Assembly: GCA_016278615.1 (NCBI GenBank)
Contig: JADQBM010000013.1
Span: 2,607 to 66,606 of the forward strand
Direction of reading: 5' to 3'
DNA from: Clostridia bacterium
GTDB lineage: Bacteria; Bacillota; Clostridia; Peptostreptococcales; JAAYPU01
DNA length: 64,000 bases
In this document: one piece after another, positions 55,510-64,000 of the stretch
Position numbering within the stretch: the stretch's first letter is position 1
Layout: the number at the start of each line of letters is the position of its first letter
The notes under the pieces: generated by a model
Told to the model about the DNA's origin: nothing
The model's input: only the letters and a program-made list of their open reading frames with translations
The model's database searches: none
Translations under genes and position numbers: made by a program

Positions 55510-57621
55510 TTATCTCTTTATTTCTTCCATTTTAAACGCTTCAATGATATCTCCTTCTTTGAGATCATTGTAATTGTCTAATCCAATGCCACATTCATAA
55601 CCAGTAGCGACTTCTTTTGCATCATCTTTAAATCTTTTTAAGGATGAAATTTTTCCCTCATAAATGATAATGCCATCTCTAACCAATCTCACCTCTGCAT
55701 TTCTTAATACTTTGCCCTCCAAAACATAGGCCCCTGCAATGGTTCCAGCATTAGGTACTTTAAAGGTTGCTCTTACTTCAATTTTTCCTAGTATTACTTC
55801 TTTATACTCTGGATCCAACAAACCCTTCATCGCCGCTTGTATGTCATCTATGGCTTCATAAATAATTCTATAGTTTTTAATATCAACTTTTTCTTTCTCA
55901 GCCAAACTTGTTACACTTGAAGATGGTCTAACATTAAATCCAATGATAATTGCATTAGATGCAGAGGCTAATAATATATCATATTCATTAACCGTACCTA
56001 CTCCAGAATGAATAATATTGATTTTAACATTTTCGTCGCTTAGTGTTACAAGAGATTGGCATAATGCACCCACCGAACCTTGAACATCTGCCTTAACAAT
56101 AATATTTAAATCTTTCACTTGTCCTTGCTGAATCTGATCGAATAAATCCTCTAAAGTGACATGATGTGTTGTGGCATTTAAGGATTCATTTCTCGTCTTT
56201 TCAACACGCCTTTCGGCTATAAGACGTGCAGTCCGATCTTCCCTAACAGCATTAACCACATCGCCAGCTTCAGGAACACTGGATAACCCTAAAATTTCAA
56301 TAGCCGTTGAAGGCCCCGCTTCATTTATAGGATTCCCTAAACTGTTTGTCATGGCTCTAACTTTACCATAAGAATCTCCTGCAACAACTGGCATTCCAAC
56401 TTCAAGACTGCCATTTTGAACAAGAATGGTTGCTACTGGACCTTTGGCTTTATCTAATCGTGCTTCAATAACAATGCCTTTGGCAAGCCTATTTGGATTC
56501 GCCTTTAATTCAAGCATTTCCGACATAAGCAGAATCATTTCTAACAATTGATCTATACCTTCTCCAGTTGTAGCGGATACAGGAACGCAAATAACATCGC
56601 CTCCCCACTCTTCTACGAGAAGACCATTGTCTGAAAGCTCCTGCTTAACTTTTGTTGGATTGACATCTGGTTTATCTATCTTGTTAAGAGCAACCAAAAT
56701 AGGCACATTTGCAGCTTTTGCATGACTAATAGCTTCAACAGTCTGTGGCTTTACACCATCATCTGCTGCTACTACCAAAATAGCAATGTCAGTAATCTTT
56801 GCACCTCTGGCTCTCATAGCCGTAAAGGCTTTATGTCCAGGTGTATCTAAAAACACTATTTTCTTTTGACCTACATGTACCTCAGAAGCTCCTATATGCT
56901 GAGTAATTCCCCCGGACTCTTTTTCTGTTACTTTACTCTTTCTGATTGTATCCAGCAAAGATGTTTTTCCATGATCCACATGGCCCATGACCGTTATTAC
57001 AGGTGATCTGGGTTTTAAGTCTTCTGGTTTATCTTCGAAATCTTCTATTTCCTTTTCAATCTCTTTTTCTTCTTCTTCTTGTCTTTCTATAATGACCTGA
57101 ATATCTAAAGCCTCAGATAATGAAGCAAGGGTATCTTTATCCAAATCTTGATTGATATTAGCCATGACACCTATTTCCATAAGTTTCATGATAATTTCAG
57201 AAGTAGATTTTTCCACCTTTTCAGCATAATCTTTAACTGTAATAGGTGCAGTGATTTTAATACTCGCTTCTTCTGGTTGGGACGGTTGACCCTTCACCTT
57301 TTTTTTATCCGTTTTTTTGTTTTCCACTATATCTTCTATATCTTTTTCAATGGCTTTTTTTCTCTTAAGCCGCAATTCTTCTTCTTCACTAGGTTTTCTT
57401 AGTTTTTGCTTTTGTATTTTTTCCACACCAACATCTTCATCTTTTGCAGGAATTGAAGGATCATTGGGAGACAATTCTGTCATAACCCGTTGGAAATCTT
57501 CTTCTGATAATGCCGTCATATGACTTTTGACATCAATCCCCATATCCAATAATAATTCCATTAACTCTTTACTATTTAAGCCTAATTCTTTTGCAATCTC
57601 ATACACTCTATATTTCGCCAT
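55510..57621 (-). CDS. infB: translation initiation factor IF-2
   Basis: Start trimmed to [14 protein letters not shown], behind [17 protein letters not shown]-domain. Confidence 0.97.
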   Translation of the reverse strand: MAKYRVYEIAKELGLNSKELMELLLDMGIDVKSHMTALSEEDFQRVMTELSPNDPSIPAKDEDVGVEKIQKQKLRKPSEEEELRLKRKKAIEKDIEDIVENKKTDKKKVKGQPSQPEEASIKITAPITVKDYAEKVEKSTSEIIMKLMEIGVMANINQDLDKDTLASLSEALDIQVIIERQEEEEKEIEKEIEDFEDKPEDLKPRSPVITVMGHVDHGKTSLLDTIRKSKVTEKESGGITQHIGASEVHVGQKKIVFLDTPGHKAFTAMRARGAKITDIAILVVAADDGVKPQTVEAISHAKAANVPILVALNKIDKPDVNPTKVKQELSDNGLLVEEWGGDVICVPVSATTGEGIDQLLEMILLMSEMLELKANPNRLAKGIVIEARLDKAKGPVATILVQNGSLEVGMPVVAGDSYGKVRAMTNSLGNPINEAGPSTAIEILGLSSVPEAGDVVNAVREDRTARLIAERRVEKTRNESLNATTHHVTLEDLFDQIQQGQVKDLNIIVKADVQGSVGALCQSLVTLSDENVKINIIHSGVGTVNEYDILLASASNAIIIGFNVRPSSSVTSLAEKEKVDIKNYRIIYEAIDDIQAAMKGLLDPEYKEVILGKIEVRATFKVPNAGTIAGAYVLEGKVLRNAEVRLVRDGIIIYEGKISSLKRFKDDAKEVATGYECGIGLDNYNDLKEGDIIEAFKMEEIKR

Positions 57622-57653
57622 AAACAAACTCCTCCTCATACTTAAAAGCCGCA

Positions 57654-57959
57654 TCACTTTTCTAGTTCCGCAATAATAGCAGAAGCAAAATTATCATTAA
57701 TTATTCCGACTACACTTCTGTTCTCCATTCCCATGGCATGTGATAAGTCTTCTTTACTCCCCCAAATGATAACCTTTATTTGATTACTTGAGGCAAGCTG
57801 AATAAATTTTTCTTTTGTATTTTCCGAAGCATCTTCAGCAATGATCAACAGCTTAATTCTATTTTTTTTATTTATATAATGAATACATGTATTGTATCCT
57901 GATATCAAGTTTCTTGAACGTGTTGCAAGTCCTATGAATCGCAGTACTTTATTCTGCAT
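57654..57959 (-). CDS. ylxQ: L7Ae-family RNA-binding protein (YlxQ-like)
   Basis: 101 aa. Conserved position between ylxR and infB. Confidence 0.85.
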   Translation of the reverse strand: MQNKVLRFIGLATRSRNLISGYNTCIHYINKKNRIKLLIIAEDASENTKEKFIQLASSNQIKVIIWGSKEDLSHAMGMENRSVVGIINDNFASAIIAELEK

Positions 57960-58221
57960 AATTTTTTAATTCTTCAAAAACGATATCTAATTGTTCTGCA
58001 GATACTTCTTTATCCAAGCTTCTTGGTATCGCTTTTCTCTTCCTTGCTTTTTCAAGACAATCCATGTTCTTACACAGATAAACCCCTCTGCCAGCTGCTT
58101 TTCCTGTGATATCAAGACTTAAATCACCCTCTTTATTACAAACTATTCGAATCAGTTCCTTTTTGGGTTTTGACTCCATGCAGCCCACGCATCTTCTCAT
58201 GGGGATTTTCTTCGCTTTCAT
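57949..58221 (-). CDS. ylxR: YlxR/RnpM family (DUF448) RNA-binding protein
   Basis: 90 aa. PMRRCVGC...GRGVYLC motif. Confidence 0.9.
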   Translation of the reverse strand: MKAKKIPMRRCVGCMESKPKKELIRIVCNKEGDLSLDITGKAAGRGVYLCKNMDCLEKARKRKAIPRSLDKEVSAEQLDIVFEELKNYAE

Positions 58222-58232
58222 GAAATCACTCC

Positions 58233-59315
58233 TTATTCTTCTTCATTCACATCATCAATAGTGCTATCTGATACTTCTTCTGGATAATATTGCGAATGAC
58301 TTCTTATGTCAATTCTCCAACCCGTTAGCTTTGCCGCCAACCTGACATTTTGGCCTTCCTTACCAATTGCTAATGAAAGTTGATAATCTGGCACGACGAC
58401 AGTAGCAGCTCTTTCATCTTCCTTAACAACTACTTTTTCCACCTTTGCAGGGCTTAAAGAACTTTTAATTAATTCTTCGGGATTATCACTCCAAGTAATG
58501 ATATCAATTTTTTCTCCGAAGAGTTCATCTACAATGACTTGAACCCTGGACCCTTTATGTCCAACACATGCGCCAACTGCATCAACATTTTCGTCTGCAG
58601 AATAAACCGCCATCTTGGTTCTGGATCCGGCTTCACGAGAAATACTTTTAATTTCAACAACCCCATCATGTATTTCAGGCACTTCCAACTCAAACAATCG
58701 TTTAACCAACCCTGGATGTGATCGAGAAACATAAACCTGAGGTCCTTTTGTGGTTTTTTTAACTTCCATAATATAAACCTTCAACCGATTATTCATTACA
58801 TAATTTTCGCTGGGAACCTGTTCTGTTGAAGCAAGAATTCCTTCGGTTTTTCCAAGATTTATATACACCATTCCTTTGGTAATGCGCTGAACAACACCTG
58901 TCGTAACTTCCGATTGCCTATTGGAAAAATCTTCAAAAATAATACCCCTCTCTGCCTCTCTTATTCTTTGAACAACCACTTGCTTTGCGGTCTGAGCTGC
59001 AATTCTGCCAAAATCCTTAGGGGCAATAGCTTTCTCAATGACATCATCTATTTCATAATTTGGATCTATTTTCTTTGCATCTTCTAAAGATATTTCAAGA
59101 AATTCCACGTTTACTTCTTCTACAACTGTTCGTCTTGAATATATCTCGACTTCTCCTGTATCTCTGTCTATGACAACCCTTACATTTTGATGAGAACCAT
59201 AGTTCTTTCGATATGCAGAAACCAAAGCGGCCTCAATTGCTTCAATTAGCAGATCTTTTGAAACACCCTTTTCCTGTTCTATTTGGTCTACTGCTTTAAT
59301 AAACTCCCTATTCAT
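58233..59315 (-). CDS. nusA: transcription termination/antitermination factor NusA
   Basis: 360 aa. S1 plus two KH domains. Confidence 0.97.
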   Translation of the reverse strand: MNREFIKAVDQIEQEKGVSKDLLIEAIEAALVSAYRKNYGSHQNVRVVIDRDTGEVEIYSRRTVVEEVNVEFLEISLEDAKKIDPNYEIDDVIEKAIAPKDFGRIAAQTAKQVVVQRIREAERGIIFEDFSNRQSEVTTGVVQRITKGMVYINLGKTEGILASTEQVPSENYVMNNRLKVYIMEVKKTTKGPQVYVSRSHPGLVKRLFELEVPEIHDGVVEIKSISREAGSRTKMAVYSADENVDAVGACVGHKGSRVQVIVDELFGEKIDIITWSDNPEELIKSSLSPAKVEKVVVKEDERAATVVVPDYQLSLAIGKEGQNVRLAAKLTGWRIDIRSHSQYYPEEVSDSTIDDVNEEE

Positions 59316-59327
59316 TTTTGAACCTCC

Positions 59328-59816
59328 TTAAAAGATTACAGCTAATTTCACTTTTGAAACAATTTCCCGTGAGACCTTAATCTCTTGGTCCTTTTCGTCT
59401 TTTATAACAATATGTTCTTCTTCAAGGCTTTGTAACCGACCAGATATGACCTTTTGAGAATTAATGGATTTATACAAAAAAATATCTACCATCTCGCCCT
59501 TATATTTAATGAAATCCGAATCTTTAATCAAAGGTCTGTCAATGCCAGGTGATGAAATTTCAAGTAGATAATTCTGTTCTACAGGATCAACTTCGTCCAA
59601 TTTGCCACTCAAATAAACACTTACTTTTTGACAGTCATCAATTGAGATACTTCCTTCCTTTTTATCTATGTACACACGTAAGAACCAATCTTTTCCTTCC
59701 TTTTGATACTCTACATCAAAAAGTTCTAATCCATTTTCTTCCAAAAATGAATCTAAAATACTTCTTACGACATCACTCACTTTTTTCTTACTCAAATATG
59801 TGACACTCCTTTTCAT
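59328..59816 (-). CDS. rimP: ribosome maturation factor RimP
   Basis: 162 aa. Conserved position upstream of nusA. LEISSPGIDRPL motif. Confidence 0.9.
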   Translation of the reverse strand: MKRSVTYLSKKKVSDVVRSILDSFLEENGLELFDVEYQKEGKDWFLRVYIDKKEGSISIDDCQKVSVYLSGKLDEVDPVEQNYLLEISSPGIDRPLIKDSDFIKYKGEMVDIFLYKSINSQKVISGRLQSLEEEHIVIKDEKDQEIKVSREIVSKVKLAVIF

Positions 59817-59918
59817 AATCTTTCACTCTAAAAGCAAAGAGTGGGTTTTTCCCACTCTTGCTCTCAAAAATTCAACTTACATCTTAAATAGTATACCATA
59901 TCTCACATGCCTATGCAA

Positions 59919-62900
59919 CTAAAATAAGGTTAATTGGTCTGAGGCGGGAATATTCCTTAGAACACCATGTTTTTCTAAGGCTTCTATAGCAGTTTTGTTA
60001 AGTTTTGCCCTATTTTTCATACTGTCGACAGAAGAAAATACTCCTTTTTCCCTTTCTCTTACAATTGATTGGGCTGCATTATCCCCTAGCCCTTGTAAGG
60101 ATAAAAACGGCGGAAGGATTTTACCCTCTTTAATATTAAACCGCTGCGCATCCGATTCTTCTATATCAACAGGTAAGAATTCATACCCTCGACTAAACAT
60201 CTCATAAGCAACCTCTAAAACAGTAAGTTCATCTTTTTCCTTTTGGGTAGCAAAATTCCCCTTCTCTTCAATTTCTTCCATCCTTTTTAGTATTTCCTTA
60301 TTTCCTTTAAATATTAAATCCGCATTGAAATCGGTCACTTTTATTGTAAAGAATACTGCATAAAAAGCAAGAGGATGGTATACCTTGAAATAAGCAATCC
60401 TATAGGACATCATGACATAAGCTACTGCATGGGCCTTAGGAAACATGTATTTTATCTTCTTACAGGATTCTATATACCAGTCCGGCACATTATTTTCTTC
60501 CATAATCTGTATATCTTCTTCAGATAAACCTTTACCCTTTCGAACACGTTCCATAATTTTGAATGCCGTTTTATTTGGAACGCCTTTTAACATGAGGTAA
60601 TTCATGATGTCATCCCTTGTAGAAATAACATCTTTTAAAACCGCCGTATCCCGTAATATGATTTCCTGAGCATTGTTGAGCCATACATCTGTCCCATGTG
60701 CCAATCCAGAGATCCGTACCAAATCAGAAAAGCTTGATGGCATGGTATCTGTAAGCATCTGCCTAACAAACCTTGTTCCAATCTCAGGTATCCCTAAGCT
60801 CCCTAAGGCGTAGCGATATTCTTCATCTTCAATTCCCAAAGATTTTGTAGAAAGAAATATTTCATTAACCTTCTCATCTCTAAGGGGTATGGATTCTAAG
60901 TCTACATGGGTAAAATCTTGTAGCATTCTAATAATCGAGGGCACATCATGACCCAATATATCCAATTTCAATAATCTTCCACTGATTGAGTGATAATCAA
61001 AATGTGTGGTAATAATATTTGATTTCGAATCATTGGCAGGGTATTGTATGGGGCAAAAATCAAATATATCCTTATGGTTAGGTACAACCATAATGCCACC
61101 AGGATGTTGACCCGTTGTTCGCTTTACCCCTGAGCAGCATTGAGACAATCTTTCGATTTCCCATTTATTAACTTCTTCTGTTTTTTCTTCATAAAATTTC
61201 TTTACAAAACCATAAGCCGTTTTAAATGCAATTGTTCCAATGGTCCCTGCTCTAAAGACTTTATCCTGCCCGAAAAGTTCTTCAGAATATTTATGGGCAA
61301 TAGACTGATATTCTCCTGCAAAATTCAAGTCAATATCCGGTTCTTTATCGCCCTCAAACCCAAGAAAAACTTCAAAGGGAATATCAAAACCATCTTTATT
61401 ATACATTTTTGAACATGCTGGGCACTTTTTATCTGGCATATCAACCCCACACCCATAGGATCCATCTGTAATAAACTCTGAATGCTTACATACAGGACAG
61501 ATATAATGAGGCGGAAGTGGATTCACTTCCGTAATTGAGCTCATTGTTGCTGCAAAAGATGAGCCTACGGAACCTCTAGAGCCTACTAAGTAACCATCCT
61601 CTAATGACTTAGCAACCAGTTTTTGAGCAATCACATACATCACAGCGTACCCATTTGAAATAACTGAATTTAACTCTCGTTTTAATCTGCTCTCAACAAT
61701 TTCCGGTAAAGAATCCCCGTATATCTTTCTTGCCTTGCTCCAACACATTTCCTTGAGTATCTCTTCAGACCCTTCAATTGAAGGAGGGAAAGTACCTGAT
61801 GGAATAGGTTGAATCCTTTGAATTTCATCAGAAATTAATTGAGGATTATCAATTACAATTTTTTTAGCTGTTTCCTTATCAAGATAATCAAATTCTTTCA
61901 GCATTTCATCCGTGGTTCTAAAATATAAATTGGCTTCACTTTCAAAATCTTTATATCCTTGACCTGCCATAAGGATTGTCCTATAAACATATTCCTCAGG
62001 TTCAAGATAATGAGCGTCAGTAGTTGCAACAACCCTCTTGCTATATAAATCACCCAATCCAATTATGGCTCGGTTAATCTCTTTTAATTCCTCTATATCT
62101 TTCACACGTCCCTTATCCAAGAGAAAGGCGTTGTTTCCTATGGGTTGAACTTCTAAATAATCATAAAAGGATGCGATGGCTTCCAATTCTGTTTCAGATT
62201 TATTATTAAGCACAGCCTGATAGACTTCTCCGGCCTGACAAGCCGATCCTACAATTAAACCTTCTCTGTATTTTCCTAACAATGATTTTGGAATTCTTGG
62301 CTTTTTATAAAAATAGTCCATATGAGAACTTGAAATAATCCTATATAAATTCTTAAGACCCTGGCCGTTTTTTACAAGAATAATAAAGTGATTGGATTCT
62401 AATTTTTTATAATCCACTTTATTAAAGCTCTTATATATGTTTGACAATTCTTCTATTTGATCTTTTTTAAGAATTTCAAATAGCTTTATTAAAATCTGAG
62501 CAGTCGTCTCTGCATCATCATCCGCTCTATGGTGATTTTTCATAGAAATTTTTAAAGAAGATGCCACACTATCCAATTTGTATTTTTTTAAATTTGGTAA
62601 AAGGACTTTTGAAAGTTTAATGGTATCCACTACTGGATTATGAATCATTCTATTTTTTTTACTAAAAGCCTCTTTTAAAAAGGACACATCAAAAGAAGCA
62701 TTATGAGCCACCAAAGGAAAGTCCCCTATAAAGTTGAGAAATTCATCTAAGACTTCATCAATAAACGGCTTGTCCTTTACCATATCATTGGTTATGCCAG
62801 TTAACCGTGTAATCTCTAAGGAAATGTTTTTTTTGGGACGTACTAAAACATGGAACTTTTCTTTAATCTTGCAATTTTCTACCTTGACAGCTCCTATTTC

Positions 62901-64000
62901 TATGATTTCATCACTCCTGGATGATAATCCTGTGGTTTCTAAATCTAAGACCACATATTCATCATAAATGTTAAGACCTTCGGGAAATTCTTGGCTTTTG
63001 ACCTGGTCATCTACGAGATACCCTTCAACACCATATATCACCTTAATATCATATTCTTTTGAAGCACTCATGGCATCTGGAAAAGCTTGGACGACGCCAT
63101 GATCTGTAATTGCTATGGCTTTATGTCCCCATTTAGCAGCTTGCTTAATAAGTTCTGTGGTGTTAATCATTCCATCCATAGCGCTCATTTTGGTGTGAAT
63201 ATGTAATTCAGTTCTCTTATTTTCCGATAGATCTACTCTGGTTTCTTTTATAACCTTTACGATATCCTTTCCGATAATTGTAATGCACTTTTCAAAATTA
63301 TCAAAGGATGCAGACCCTTTTACTTTAATAGAATCTCCAATTTTTAGATTGTTGTCCAGAATTGAAAACTTTTCTTCTTTTACAAACATCTTCACACAGA
63401 TTGAATCGGTAAAATCAGAAACAATAAAAGTTACAATTTTTTTATTGTTTTTAATATCTCTTACGGTTTTATTATAAATGGTGCCTTCAATAACCACCGA
63501 TGCTGCTTCCTCTTTAATCTCTCTGATTTCAATTCCTAGTTCAGCAATACGTTTTCCTATAATAATGCCCTCATCTTTGGATACAACTTCTTTCTTGATC
63601 TTACTGCTACTTTTTTTGTTTTCCACAGGTATACTTTTCAGGATTCCTTTGGCATCCTCTTCCTTATTGGATAGATAATGATTATATGTTTCTTTGCAGT
63701 TAAGAAAATCAACTGTAATATCTATTCCAAACTGTTCTTTAAAAGCCTTGACAAAAGGAATGCCAAGGCGTTTTTTAATTTCTTCTACAACAGCATCCCC
63801 CATTGCATACATTATTAATTTGTGGCTATCTATTTCTACTTTGTCTCTAATAATTGCTTTTATCAAATGTGCTTCTGAGCTTTTTACATGATCAAATAAA
63901 TAATCTAAATACTCCTTAATAATGTCTTCTTGATTTAAGATCATATTCTCAAAAGTGTAGGATATGGATACTTCTTCTACATAAGAATAATTGTTAATAA
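59919..64000 (-). CDS. polC: DNA polymerase III PolC-type (5' end outside the window)
   Basis: The frame stays open upstream of the track start (63944) to the window edge. PHP domain, DEDD exonuclease (LDLETTG) and Zn-finger CPVCKHSEF...CPAC. Confidence 0.97.
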   Translation of the reverse strand, partial: INNYSYVEEVSISYTFENMILNQEDIIKEYLDYLFDHVKSSEAHLIKAIIRDKVEIDSHKLIMYAMGDAVVEEIKKRLGIPFVKAFKEQFGIDITVDFLNCKETYNHYLSNKEEDAKGILKSIPVENKKSSSKIKKEVVSKDEGIIIGKRIAELGIEIREIKEEAASVVIEGTIYNKTVRDIKNNKKIVTFIVSDFTDSICVKMFVKEEKFSILDNNLKIGDSIKVKGSASFDNFEKCITIIGKDIVKVIKETRVDLSENKRTELHIHTKMSAMDGMINTTELIKQAAKWGHKAIAITDHGVVQAFPDAMSASKEYDIKVIYGVEGYLVDDQVKSQEFPEGLNIYDEYVVLDLETTGLSSRSDEIIEIGAVKVENCKIKEKFHVLVRPKKNISLEITRLTGITNDMVKDKPFIDEVLDEFLNFIGDFPLVAHNASFDVSFLKEAFSKKNRMIHNPVVDTIKLSKVLLPNLKKYKLDSVASSLKISMKNHHRADDDAETTAQILIKLFEILKKDQIEELSNIYKSFNKVDYKKLESNHFIILVKNGQGLKNLYRIISSSHMDYFYKKPRIPKSLLGKYREGLIVGSACQAGEVYQAVLNNKSETELEAIASFYDYLEVQPIGNNAFLLDKGRVKDIEELKEINRAIIGLGDLYSKRVVATTDAHYLEPEEYVYRTILMAGQGYKDFESEANLYFRTTDEMLKEFDYLDKETAKKIVIDNPQLISDEIQRIQPIPSGTFPPSIEGSEEILKEMCWSKARKIYGDSLPEIVESRLKRELNSVISNGYAVMYVIAQKLVAKSLEDGYLVGSRGSVGSSFAATMSSITEVNPLPPHYICPVCKHSEFITDGSYGCGVDMPDKKCPACSKMYNKDGFDIPFEVFLGFEGDKEPDIDLNFAGEYQSIAHKYSEELFGQDKVFRAGTIGTIAFKTAYGFVKKFYEEKTEEVNKWEIERLSQCCSGVKRTTGQHPGGIMVVPNHKDIFDFCPIQYPANDSKSNIITTHFDYHSISGRLLKLDILGHDVPSIIRMLQDFTHVDLESIPLRDEKVNEIFLSTKSLGIEDEEYRYALGSLGIPEIGTRFVRQMLTDTMPSSFSDLVRISGLAHGTDVWLNNAQEIILRDTAVLKDVISTRDDIMNYLMLKGVPNKTAFKIMERVRKGKGLSEEDIQIMEENNVPDWYIESCKKIKYMFPKAHAVAYVMMSYRIAYFKVYHPLAFYAVFFTIKVTDFNADLIFKGNKEILKRMEEIEEKGNFATQKEKDELTVLEVAYEMFSRGYEFLPVDIEESDAQRFNIKEGKILPPFLSLQGLGDNAAQSIVREREKGVFSSVDSMKNRAKLNKTAIEALEKHGVLRNIPASDQLTLF

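Noticed and set aside
1268-63891. The many 60-140-aa ORFs antisense to, or in alternative frames within, the long minus-strand genes (for example 1622..1840, 17206..17628, 23424..23798, 39579..39995, 50821..51153, 18135..18320, 31055..31258, 44698..44916, 58529..58732)
   Set aside because: Each is fully embedded in a well-supported conserved gene, lacks an RBS, and shows the skewed composition expected of shadow frames.

Overview
This is an AT-rich Firmicutes chromosome segment, probably Clostridia-like (PolC and many sigma-54 activators are present). Almost all genes are on the minus strand.

**Layout**
- **49.0-64.0 kb: conserved core block.** polC (5' end outside the window), rimP, nusA, ylxR, ylxQ, infB, rbfA, nrnA, truB, ribF, rpsO, pnp.
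- **37.5-49.0 kb: apparent insertion between pnp and the ylxY-like deacetylase / M16 peptidase / dut genes.** It carries a sigma-54 activator, an amidohydrolase, an APC permease, two tiny membrane ORFs, a B12-type glycerol/diol dehydratase (three subunits), a two-subunit reactivase and a PEBP protein. There are no microcompartment shell genes.
- **15-33 kb: sigma-54-controlled peptide and amino-acid scavenging region.** It has three DmpA/P1-peptidase paralogs, a TRAP transporter, a peptide-type ABC transporter, an M20 hydrolase and a YtcJ-like amidohydrolase.
- **10-15 kb: housekeeping and miscellaneous genes.** rnz, a nucleoside phosphorylase, a lipoprotein, a frameshifted AEC transporter and a tandem HD-GYP protein.
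- **2.7-10.0 kb: the unusual part.** This is an accessory island of small same-strand gene modules separated by repeat-rich non-coding spacers. The modules are:
  - a membrane protein plus a CPBP protease;
  - an EACC1-like protein overlapping an HExxH protein;
  - a PD-(D/E)xK-like protein plus a 145-aa coiled-coil protein;
  - a split wHTH/Zn-ribbon plus Rx4H HEPN-like gene.

  A 1-kb ORF-free stretch follows, holding three tandem 145-bp structured repeats enclosed by about 50-bp inverted repeats.

A separate family of mosaic elements built from 6-7-mer microsatellites and GC hairpins occupies three intergenic gaps in the core block.

All functional calls rest on motifs I can read in the translations and on remembered family signatures. 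No database search was run.
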